Source of the DNA: Utricularia gibba | Lineage: Eukaryota; Plantae; Magnoliophyta | Reading direction: 5' to 3' | Assembly (NCBI GenBank): GCA_002189035.1 | Contig: NEEC01000002.1 | Location: 3,658,001 to 3,722,000 of the forward strand | Length of the DNA stretch: 64,000 nt | In this document: in pieces, positions 12,560-23,681 of the stretch | Layout of the letters: the number at the start of each line of letters is the position of its first letter | How positions within the stretch are numbered: position 1 is the stretch's first letter | The notes under the pieces: generated by a model | The model's input: the letters and a program-made list of their open reading frames with translations, nothing else | Databases searched by the model: none | What the model was told of the DNA's origin: nothing | Position numbers and translations under genes: made by a program

Positions 12560-13280
12560 CTCCAAAGTGGAGATGAGTTAAAAAAAATCAAAAGCTCTGG
12601 TAGTGTCATGTAAGCCCAGGCAAACCTCCTAAGCCTGCGGCCCCTGATGGGCATAGCAAACCAACTCGGGGCTCTCCCAGAGTTATGTGATCCTCCAAAC
12701 CCAGGCCCCAGTGACATGGGTAAGCCTTGGTATAACTCGGGCACCGGTTCCCCTAAACCGTTCGCGTAAGGTTCAAAAAAGCCCTTAAGTACAAACCTTA
12801 CTGCTGAATCTCGAGACGACAAGAGCACCCAAAGAAAATCTGCCCATGTTAAAACAATGGGATTTCGGCCAGAATAGGGCCCATTCGGATTGGGGAAGTT
12901 GTTCAACCCATGAGGGGTTCTGATCTACTTCCCTAGCAACGGTTTAGCTTGCGTAAGAAAAGACTAAGGCAAATAAAGATCAAAAAACCCAGCCAAATGG
13001 TTGGCAAGGGACACACAACCTTTGAATCATGTGAGTCCACACAAACCCTCCAAATCTAAGTCCCGCAATCGGCATAGCAAAATATCCCGAGGCTCCCTCC
13101 GAAGTATTGAATCCCCCAAACCTGGGCACTGATGGTGATGATAAACCCTGGTACAACTCGGGCACCGGCTTCCATAAGCCGCTCGTATAAGCCCCGAAAA
13201 AACCCTAAGTAAGAATTTTGCTACCGAATTTCAAGACAGTAAATGCACTCGAAGTAGATCCAACTATGCCCCGAAAGCAT
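12560..13280 (-). other. Two diverged ~290-bp repeats encoding a similar ~95-aa antisense peptide
   Basis: Copy 1 GFFEPYANGLGEPVPELYQGL...FGG...FAMPIRG.R..FAW; copy 2 GFFGAYTSGLWKPVPELYQGL...FGG...FAMPIAG.R..FVW. Confidence 0.7.
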
Positions 13281-14640
13281 AGATAAACTAAAGGAAGGAA
13301 TCCCAAACTAGGATCTCAAAATATAAAAAAACTCCAAATCGGGGACAAAAAAAAAACATCAGTCTCAAAAGAAAGGAATTAAAGTTCAGGGAGGGGATCA
13401 GTTGAGGGGCCGACATGTCCTTCCATCCTTGCCCTCAGCTTGGCTTCATTCTCTAGCCCAATCCTAGCCCGAATAAGCACTATTAGGCGCTCCTGATCCG
13501 CTTCAAACCTGAATTTCGGGGCTTGATACACGTCCGCGATGGCATCCAGCATGTTCTCGTCCTTCCTAAGGGATCGAACTAATTGAAGCGCGGGTGCGTG
13601 ATCGACAACCCGAATTCTCGGCTGATTTGGCGCCTTTGTTGATATAGAAGCCTGCCGATTAGATCCCCGGCGTAAATATCTGATAACTCAGAGAAGCAGG
13701 CCGAGTTGACAAAATCTTCCAAAAGCCTCCCCCGAGATGCCTCTTGATCAAGCAACTCAGCTTCCAAGGCCGAGACGCGATAATTGGCTTGCCTCAGCTC
13801 AGCCTCCGCCTCCTTGAACCAAACTTGAAACTCTCCCTCTCGGAATTGACATCATTGTTAAGTGTCATTTTCTAGTTAATTATTAGGTATTATTATGTGT
13901 TAATTATGTATGAAGTCGCCCAGATTAGGAGTCTTATTATTAAGTATTTTATTTTTACTAGAAAATTCCTATTTTCCCATTTTGTGTATATTATATGTCT
14001 TTTTTCTCACAGTTTGACCGAGACATGTCAGGAGACTGTCATAGAGTGTTACAGGAGTATTGCAGATGGTCAGACTCTGAGTTTTCGTGCCTTGTACGCG
14101 AGTTGGAACGATTGTGGGCGGAAGACTGACACTAGTCAAGGCCCCTGACTTATGGCATGTCAGAGTCTCCAGCAATGATTGGGCGCAAACTTGCACGCAA
14201 AGAAAGTCTGGTGGCGCACGCAAGACAGAAGGGCGCATCATTGTTGCAGTCTTTCTTAGACTAACGACTCTTAGTTAAGGTCCATGAGTAGCAGGCCACT
14301 TCTCGCGAATTTTGGTGAAGATCAAGGTGAAGAGCACCAATTCCAACCCTGCTGGTTCGAGGGAAGTAGTAGATTGTTTGTGGCCTAGGTACCGCGAGAG
14401 TGTATAGGTTGTGACCTCAGACCTGCCACTGGCCATTGGCAACAGCTGGGCAATCGAAGGCAATCCTCTTGCCTCCTAATCGTCTAAGGGGGAATCACTT
14501 GAGGCTATTCCCGTGCCTCCTTTTCAATTAGAGTGTAAGGGAGAGTAGGCTATTCCTTGCTCCTATAACCAGCTATTCGGAAGAAATCAGTGAAAAATGA
14601 GGCAAAGACGGACAAAGGAAGGAGATGGAATCTTATTCCC

Positions 14641-15160
14641 AAATAGGCGAGATTAGAGCTCAAGGCTCAATGATGCGCTATGGGCGTACCGTACAGCTTA
14701 CAAGAATCCTATAGGAATGTCTCTATAGCGAATGATCTATGGTAAGGCATGTCATCTTCCTTTTGAATTACATCACAGGGCATACTGGGCCGTCAAGTCA
14801 TGCAACCTGACTAGCGATCAAGCTGGGGAGAGTAGACTTTTAGACCTAAATGAGCTGGAGGAAATTCGCCTCAATGCCTACACTAACCAGCTCTTGCACA
14901 AGGAAAAGGTAAAATGCTACCATGATGATAAGTTTTATGGGAAGCAATTTTTAGTAGGTCAAAAAGTTCTCCTATTTGATACCACCTTGAAGCTCTTTCC
15001 CGGTAAATTGCGTTCTAAGTGGCTTGGACCTTATGAAGTTGTGAATGTTTTTCCTTCTGGTGCTGTTATTATTCGTTCATTTGAGACATGGAAAAGCATT
15101 AAGGTCAATGGACATCGATTGAGCCATTTTATGAGAAATTTAAGCGCACAGTGTGTGTAG
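14641..15160 (+). pseudogene. Integrase C-terminal remnant of the inner Athila
   Basis: LNDALWAYRTAYKNPIGM, YGKACHLPFELHHRAYWAVK, KLFPGKLRSKWLGPY. Confidence 0.92.
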
Positions 15161-15485
15161 CTTACTGCTAGTCGAGGGCCATTAACAGGTGTCACAGTCA
15201 GCCAAAGATTGTAAATTGGCGCTGAATGGGAGGCAACCCATGACTTTAATTTCGTAACCGTTACTCTTTCCTCGTTCTTATCACCCACTACTCCAAGTTA
15301 CTTTATTTTCACCTGCCCCATGCCACCACTTACTCCTTTAACTGCTTCTACACTCAATCTCTCTTTTATCTTTTGGCATTCCCATTTTTACTGACCGTTA
15401 CCCCACTTCGCTGTTGTGACTTGCATTTCGATTCTTCTCATTCTCTCGCCTGAAATTCCCCGATTCTCCGAATTTTCTGCTCACC

Positions 15486-17148
15486 ATGCCTGGACGCCCC
15501 ACATCTCCGGTTAACCGAAGCGCAAGTGCTGCAAAGGCAGCAACTCGGAAGCGCCAACCTGCTGCTGCTAGACCATCCAGAAGGACCCAGCGTCGCCGCA
15601 CCAACAACCCAGCAGAAGCCCCTGCTCCCACTGAGCATGAGCCATCTTTAGGCGCTGCGGTGGAGTCTGTTCCGATTGAGGCAACACCTCTGACTATAGT
15701 GTTGCCGGTGTTGTACCTAGAGTGGTACCCAGTCCCTGCTGCTGCTACTGTTGCTGCTGACGAGCCGGAACCCTCAGAGCCAAATTCCCCAGCAGCAATT
15801 TCTGTTCCCGAGAGCCTGCATCCCACAGAATCGAAAGAAATCACTGGAGGAAAGGGTAAGGAACCAGAAATTCCTAATATTCACTCATCCCCTTCTCCAG
15901 TACAGGACGAAGATGACATTGAGGAGATCACCATCGACGAAGCGGTTGATCTCTGGATCTCTGAAATGGAGTGTGCCGCTAATGAAGGGCATGCCTTGAG
16001 TTTCTCCCTGGAGAACAGGATGTTGATGAAGCAAGTCAGCCCACACAGCGTGGTAAAGGACAGCACTGTCACACAAAATTCTGGCGAGACCGAGCACTGG
16101 AGTCCCCTGCTTGGACTCAGCTGAAAAACATTGTGAAATTTTCAGATAAGAATGCTCAACTCCTATTTAATCTCTTGACCTCGCGCAGAATATTATTTGA
16201 CTTCAAATTGAATACGCCTACTTTGGTGCATCTGAATCTACTTGATGATATCAACCGTTTATTTGATGCTTCCTCTGAGTGGTGTAGATTTTCTGAAATT
16301 AGTCTTCCAGTTTATCCCAAACTTGTTTTCGAATTTGATACAACTATTGTGATTGAGGATGTGGCTGGAGATCCCCTTGCTGAAAATTTGATTTCTTTCC
16401 GCCTTGGAGGCAACAACTTTCTCATGTCTACAAACGATTTTAATGTGGCTTTAGGCTTTGTTTCTGAATCTGATTTAACCACTACACGTTACCTCCAAGC
16501 ATTCTGTGATTATCCAAGCATTCTTCCATGTCTGTCTGTTAGCCCCCATTTTCTGTACGCAAACTCAAGGCCCATTACATGAGAGCCCCTACTCTTTTAG
16601 TTTTGAACAGGTACTTGGGAGGCTGTTACAGCGCAACCCGACAAGGCACCAGCATCATTGCCAAGGTGATTGTGTTCTTCTTGTGGGCGATGATGAAGAA
16701 ACTTCCAATCAACCTGGGATGGTGGATTGCAACTCAAATGGACTCCATCACCGCCAAGAATGAGAGGGTTCTCCCCTTTGCTTCTCTCATCACCAAGCTC
16801 GCCCAACACTTGAAAATGAACCTGTAAAAACAGACCCCTCAGGTAGACAATCATTTCCGTTATCTAGATTTTGGATGATTTGTTTTCTTGCAGCTACTTG
16901 AAGGAAGTTGAGGGAAGGCTGTTTTTGTTCAAGCGGGTACCAAGAGTACCATCACCTCCATGCCCTCCTCAATTGTGAATCCATATGGTGCGCCAACAGA
17001 CATTCCTCTGAGCACTGCACCATCAAGCCCCACCAAACACACCCTGCTTCTCGCTATTCAGAGTCTCCAGGAACAGGTTTCTGCACTTTCAACGAAACTA
17101 GACACTCTGATAGCTACTGCTTCACACTCCGACATGCCCCATGACTAA
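15486..17148 (+). pseudogene. Athila env-like extra ORF remnant
   Basis: Pro/Ala/Glu-rich N-terminus then VYPKLVFEF...ISFRLGG...FNVALGF...INLGWWIA...LPFASLITKL; position between INT and PPT. Confidence 0.75.
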
Positions 17149-17435
17149 GGTATCCTCCCTCCGCTGCACTTGATGATGAGGACATCCTCAAAATTAAGTG
17201 TGGGGGAGGAGTTTATGTTTCTTTTTTTTTTATTTTCTAGTATTTTCTGGGTATTAGGACATATGTGTTAAACTTAGTGGAATTTTTTCTGTTTTCGTGC
17301 TTAATGTTTTGTTTTTCTTTTGTTTTTTTTTTGTGAAAAATCTCCACTATACTCCTCAAGTACATTTGCTTCCATGAATAAGGCTAGAATTTTTAGGATT
17401 GATCATGCTTAGGTTCATGAATTCCTGGCTACTAG

Positions 17436-17479
17436 AATAATAATAATAATAATAATAAGAATAATAATAATAATAATAA

Positions 17480-17530
<51 letters not shown>

Positions 17531-17547
17531 TAATAATAATAATAATA
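17436..17547. repeat. (AAT)n microsatellite
   Basis: ~37 units with a few AGA/ACA interruptions. Confidence 0.98.
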
Positions 17548-17963
17548 CAAGGGGTGCCAAAGGTAAGGATGTTTGGCAAAACCATGGTTAACACCACACA
17601 TCAGGTTTCGTAATCCAAAAATTCTTCCCCAAAGCGGGGACCTCTATAAAAAAAAAAACAAAATGGGCGGGGGGGGGGGGGGGGGGAAGAAAAAGGTCTT
17701 GAGTCACTATAGTGTATGTTATTTGCTATTTTTGACTTGATGATGTAGTGTATAAGTAGTCATTAGTTAAATCTTTACCTGATGCATGCGAACTTGAGTG
17801 GCTTGCCTTAATTTGATTGAAGGATAGGAAAAGAATTGGAGTAAACGCCTACTGTAGGAACAATGTACCTTCGTAATGCATCATGACTTAGGTTCTGCCC
17901 TTTTTCATGGACTGCTATAATTTTCATACTTGAGGACAAACATGATTTAAGTGTGGGGGAATA

Positions 17964-18911
17964 TGTTAAGTGTCATTTTCTAGTTAATTATTAGGTATTA
18001 TTATGTGTTAATTATGTATGAAGTCGTACAAATTAGGAGTCTTATTATTAAGTATTTGATTTTTACTAGAAAATTCCTATTTTCCCATTTTGTGTATATT
18101 TTATGTCTTTTTTCTCACACTTTGACTGAGACATGTCAGGAGACTGTCAGAGAGTGTTGCAGCAGGTGGTCAGACTCTGAGTTTTCGTGCCTTGTACGCG
18201 AGTTGGAATGATTGTGGGCAGAAGACTGACACTGGTCAAGGCCCCTGACTTACGGCATGTCAGAGTCTCCAGCAATGATTGGGCGCAAACTTGCATGCAA
18301 AGAAAGTCTGGTGGTGCACGCAAGACAGAAGGAATGATGGGAAGGGGACCCAAAGGAGTTAATGCACGTGGGAAGTCATATAAAAACCACTTGGAGCAGA
18401 TTGTTTGTGGCCTAGGTACCGCGACAGTGGACAAGTTGTGACCTTGGACCTGCCACTGGCCATTGGCAACAGCTGGGCACACGCACACAATTCGGTTTTG
18501 AAGGCAATTGAAGGCAATCCTCTTGTCTTCCTAATCGTCTAAGGGGGAATCACATGAGGCTATTCCCGTGCCTCCTTGTCAATCAGAGTGTAAGGGAGAG
18601 TAGGCTATTCCTTGCTCCTATAACCAACTATTCGGAAGAAATCAGTGAAAACCGAGGCAAAGACGGACAAAGGAAGAAGATGAAATCTTATTCCCAGGAA
18701 CTGCGTACCGTAGTCAAGGCCCATCATTTATGTTGTAACTTTTCTTTCTGCATCTTAAAAACCCCCTTTTACAAAACCGTGACATTTTGTAGAAGTTTCT
18801 TACAAAACACTTTTCACGAAAAACAACTCCCTGTGATCGATACTCGTACTCTGCTTTCTGGTGTTTTACGTTTTAAATATTTAAAATTTGTTGAGAAAAC
18901 GACACGCATCA
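17964..18911 (+). repeat. 3' LTR of the inner Athila (family Z)
   Basis: TGTTAAG...GCATCA; matches 13856 onward and the reverse complement of 36223-37483. Confidence 0.93.
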
Positions 18912-20323
18912 ATCATCGATCGCTTTTCCCATTTCATCAACCACATTATGAAGCTCCTCCTCCCGACGAGAAGGCTTCCTGATAGTCGTCCTCAAAGTAC
19001 TCCCTTCCTTCTCCAATAGTTTCACTTTGGCTTCTTGAGCTACTATGTGGGTTAGAAGCCGGATAACCTCTTCCGAGTAGGATCCCATCTTCTGAGCCAT
19101 CTCCCATCCGAAGGTCAGAGCCTGGAAAAAATTACCAAGTAAGAAACCGGTTATACACAATTCTGAGAAGAAACAAGACGAATACCTACCAAATCTCTTT
19201 AAGCATGACTTCCGGCTGAACGTCCGGAAGACTCGGTATGGATTCCTCCAACATTCTCCTTAATTCGGCCGGAACCGAAGGAGGGGGAAGTGCCGGATCG
19301 CCTCTTACCTCAATTGGAGAAGAATCCCTCTGCACCTCATTCGGGGGGGGGGGGGTGGGCGATGTGGAAGCACCAGCCAAAAAGGGGCCCGTTCAGAGAA
19401 TCGGGGCCTCGAAAGGTTTAGGAGAAGGGAAGAGTTTCTCCTTTCCATTCCCAGGTGGAGGAGGATGGGTCGATTCCCAAGTCTAAGAAACTTCAATTAC
19501 TTGATCCCCTTCTGAATAATGGTCGGTAGAATCCGAGTGAACTTCTGGGGAATCAGCCTAAAAGAGGAATTGAAAAAGATCATAATCATGAATCCTTTAC
19601 GACGGCTTATATAAACCAAACCTGAATGGAAGGGACAGCATCAGATTCTTGCATCCTCTGCATTTTGACAGAGAAGTGGGCCATCACTGAATCCTCCAAG
19701 GCAGACCAACATGCCATTTCCTCAGCTGCACACGAAAATGAAGAAAGTGGTGAAACACAATAAAGGTATTGCAATTCATGGAGGCAAAACTCGACTACCT
19801 CTGTGCTTCCTAGAAGGTTTCTGCGCGCAAACCTTAGCCCTTTTTCTTTTCTTTGGAGTTGAGGGCCGAACAGAGGGCTCAGGAGCTGAATCGGAGGGGA
19901 GAGAAGTTGTCGGATTGGAAGTGGGGGGTGCAGCCGAATTAGAGGAAGCATTATGTGGAGATTGTAAGAGAAGCCAATACTCCAAGTCAGAACCCAGAGG
20001 AATGAGGAAATCGGGCCACTGTCCATCTTGACCACGACCGAGGATCCCCCATGTCGATAAGGAGTCTCGAAAAAGCGTCAAGGTTTGAGACTCGTACCTA
20101 ACTGAACACTCACCCAGCCTACGATAAACTTCCCTACTGGATTCGTTAGAAGGACGGAATCGGCCAAATGGCTTAAACTTCAAAGGAGAAGAGGCCTTTA
20201 CTGAAAAATTCCATCTCGCCCCCAACGGGGGAGCAACCCAGATAAAGGAAGACCACCAATTGTGGTGGGTATTGGGGGCCTTGAGGATGAAATCACGGTG
20301 ATCCTCAAATCGGCAGAATTGAA

Positions 20324-21825
20324 TGTTGGGTTTCTCGTAGACATCGTATGTCTCAAAAGCAGCGGAATTTTAAAATTTTTGAGAAACCCCCAACGCAGAT
20401 CTTGGAATACGGTATACATCAGACATAGGGATGTTCGAAGTACCTTTCAGATGACTCTGTTGTTCACCAACCGCCAATAGCAGACGGCCTCTATGGTATC
20501 CACACGTGGAGCACTCCGTCGATAACCTTCTCAAGGCTCTTGAATGCTGGTCGAATTTCTCAGGTCCTAGTAGAGAAAAATGCCTCCTTGTCGATTAGTC
20601 TTTGAGAGCACGAAGACCTTTGGAGCAGATCTCAAGATCTAAATCTTTTTGATAGATATATGGTAACATATCAAATCATATCTCCGTAAAGATCTTATCT
20701 TGTGGAGATATGTATATGTTCCAAATCTTATCTATATATGATCTTTTATTTTGAGTTTAATCTATAGAAATCTCAAATTAACTCTCTATTTAATTTATCC
20801 AGTTTAGCAGTTACATTTCATGTAATTGTGTCATTCTATTTTATATCGTTGAGTGACTCCACTATTGTGTGTGACCCTATAGGCTTCTTCAATCAAGGCC
20901 GTAATAATGGATTTATTAATTAACTCTTAATTAATCAAATCCATCATTATCGATCATGAGTGATGTCTAGCAGCATATCATGATCTCCAAGATGTAAGAA
21001 TAATCAGGTGAACTGATTGAGCCTTTCCATGACCAGCCACCATACAGTGAATAGCTTTCATCATACTTATATCTCATTCGATACTAGAACATGGGTGTGT
21101 GTCTTTCTGATGTATCGAACTTATAATTGCATTCAAGCACTAACACTCAATGACCTACTCAAACAATTCGAGTGTCATTACCCTGGGCCCAGGACTTACT
21201 ATTAGGCTTTGATGCAATTACTTGAGATATGATCTCATCGCTAACATGAGTGATGAATCCTTTATTGATCAATCAACTATCTCCAACCTTAAAGAGTCAC
21301 ATCCCTACTCATCCATACTAGGCAAGCCATGGTTAGGCTCCCATTAGTAATGAGCGAAAATGTGAGCTTAAGATCAAGATAACTTTGTTGACCTCAAGTC
21401 TAAGCTTACTTGCACGGCTGTCATATTCGAGATCTTGCTACTGACACTTGGTTAGCTTCCCATAGTAGCATCTCGAAGATGAGTCATCTAGTGAATCGAT
21501 TCTCTAATCGACACCCACACATAGGTTCTAGTAATCTCATTACATCAATTGTGAGAACCATTGCCTAAACAGTTTAGGGTACTCAATGTGTGCCAGCTTA
21601 TTCGTATTTGTGATATCCTCATTTCACAAATACTCTAGTCAGGGAGATTTAACTTGATCATGAGTGCTTGAAGAATCTCACATTATGATCTCATCATAAT
21701 TTCTATAGCACATAGATCAAGTAGAGGATTTTATCAATGATATAAATTTGATCACAATTCAAAGTAAATATCAAAAGATAAGATTTGCCAATGAGTTGAT
21801 TGTCTCTAGAACACATACACCAACA
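20324..21825 (-). mobile_element. Copia (Angela-like) solo LTR, copy C
   Basis: TGTTGG...CCAACA, perfect TSD TTGAA. Confidence 0.96.
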
Positions 21826-22279
21826 TTGAAAATGTGAAAAATTGTGCATTGGGCGTTTAGCCTTTTGGTATGCGACCTTGAAAAGTTGGAAGAAGTCCAC
21901 TAGGGTCATACCTGGATCCATACCCACTGAATAAAAGAGGAATGTGATGAAGCAAAAGATCGAATTCGGAGAGAGAAAGTAGAGCGGAATAGAAAATATG
22001 TGAAGAAACTGGACTATAAGGGGATGAAGCAAGAATTGAAGTCCGCTGTCCAAATAAGCAAACAGAATAGGAAGATTAAAGCGGGGAAGGGGCGTCTCTC
22101 CCACACCCCATGGTATTTGACTATCCTGAGCTTGGCTAAGGATGTATTCATCGAGAATCGAATATTTGGCCCGAATGGCGGAGATATTCAACTCACTGGA
22201 TTTCCTAACCATCTTTCTTTCGGGAGATAGAGAGGAAAAAGATTCTGGAGGGGGTCACAGAAAGAGGGAGAGGGAAAAT

Positions 22280-22746
22280 TGTCAGACCGATAACTGTCAG
22301 GGTTTGTTAGAAGCGGCCATTTTGGACAGATTGAAAAGTAGCCAAATTTCGGCGATAGCAGAGCAGTCGGCGGTTATCCAAGGGCAGAGTCGCAGCGCAT
22401 ACAGCATGCATGGAAAGCAACTGGCTACTACAGAATTCATGATTCGGTCAGATCCACCTTTTCTATGAATCGGAGAAATTCTGAAGAGAAATGGGTTGGA
22501 CTCCAAGCCCTCCAACTTGTAATTCCTCCCCATCCCCATCTAGTGAAGTCATTTTCCGATGAGCTCGAACAAACTCCGTGGTTTTTCCATTCATCGACGG
22601 TTTCCACGTAAAAAACCTTTGTCCTTCTATATTTTCGCTAAACGCACCAAACAAAGCACAAAACCGCTACCCGGGTTCGATGCATCTGGTGAACTCCATA
22701 ACTTGAAAATCGGTTCCGACTTTAGTGTTGATTATCGCCCTTAACA
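22280..22746 (+). repeat. Tat 3' LTR (shorter at its 5' end than the 5' LTR)
   Basis: Follows purine tract agaaagagggagagggaaaa; aligns with 5945-6390. Confidence 0.88.
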
Positions 22747-22751
22747 CTCTT

Positions 22752-23640
22752 CTAACAAAATTGGAAGCTGAACAAAAATTCAAGCAATTAAATATGGTGC
22801 AAGCTAGGACTCAGGAAGAGAGGCTAGCTGAATTGAAACCATTGCCTGATCATTTAAAATATGTTTTTCTTAATGTAGAGTTCAGGAACCCTATTATCAT
22901 CTCCACTAGTCTGAGCTTAACCAATATTCAAATCTTCTCGAGATGCTAAACAGAAACAAGAAGGCAATAGGTTGGACTCTTGACGACATTCAAGGGATCT
23001 GTCCATCCATATGGATGCAAAATTTGTTTCGAAAGCAGTGATGCCACCTGGAATAGATTATCATGCGAGGAACAAGCTAAAGAGTGATGCTAAATACTAC
23101 ATATGAGATGATCGATATTTATGGAAGAGATGCAATGAATGCATTATTTGAAGGTGTGTTCATGAAAATGAAATTCCAAAAATCGTTGATTCTTGCAATG
23201 CAGGACCTTTTAGTGGCCATCATGGACCAAATAAAACAGCAAGAAAAATTCTAGATTGCGGACTCTATTGGCCTCATATTTTGAGATATTGTTATGTTTA
23301 TTACAAAGATTGTGAGCTATCCCACAAGGTGGGAATTTATCAAAAAGAAATGAAATGCCTCAGCAAGGAATTCTAGTATGTGAATTATTTGATGTTGGGG
23401 TATAGATTTTATTGGACCATTTCCTACTTCAGCAGGTTTCAATTACGTTTTTGTTGCGGTTGATTATGTGTCCAAATGGATTTAGGAAATCCCTACATGG
23501 ACCGATGATGCAAAGATTGTGATTAATTTCTTACGCAACAACATCTTCACGAGATATGGAACTCCTAAGGCTCTGATCAGTGATAGGGGAACACATTTTT
23601 ACAATCAGGCTTTAAGGAGTGTTTAGAAGCATTTCAATGT
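22752..23640 (+). pseudogene. Outer Athila pol remnant (RT N-terminus fused to integrase; RT core and RNase H missing)
   Basis: ELKPLPDHLKYVFL, AIGWTLDDIQGICPS, then directly KSDAKYY...GHHGPNKTARKILDCGLYWP...GTPKALISDRGTHF. Confidence 0.85.
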
Positions 23641-23681
23641 TTGGCACAAGCCTTCTGAGAAATTACAGCAGTAGAAACAAG

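Larger units (their letters stand above)
13856..18911 (+). mobile_element. Inner Athila-type element with gag-RT deleted
   Basis: TSD ATCAT; LTRs 13856-~14641 (truncated) and 17964-18911; PPT aagtgtgggggaata. Confidence 0.93.
13379..22212 (-). pseudogene. Main Tat antisense extra ORF (Transposase_28-like N-terminus, coiled-coil C-terminus), split by two insertions
   Basis: ATG at 22212; YLDSGLQFLLHPLIVQFL...LSPNSIF motif; frames resume across TSDs at 21825/20324 and 18911/13856; last frame ends near 13379. Confidence 0.75.
5863..22746 (+). mobile_element. Tat/Retand-lineage Ty3/gypsy element with both LTRs, degenerate, three nested insertions
   Basis: TSD CTCTT at 5858-5862 and 22747-22751; LTRs 5863-6390 and 22280-22746; gag-PR-RT-RH-aRH-INT order. 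Confidence 0.92.

Noticed and set aside
17356-17601. Poly-Tyr and poly-Ile ORFs
   Set aside because: They are translations of the (AAT)n microsatellite
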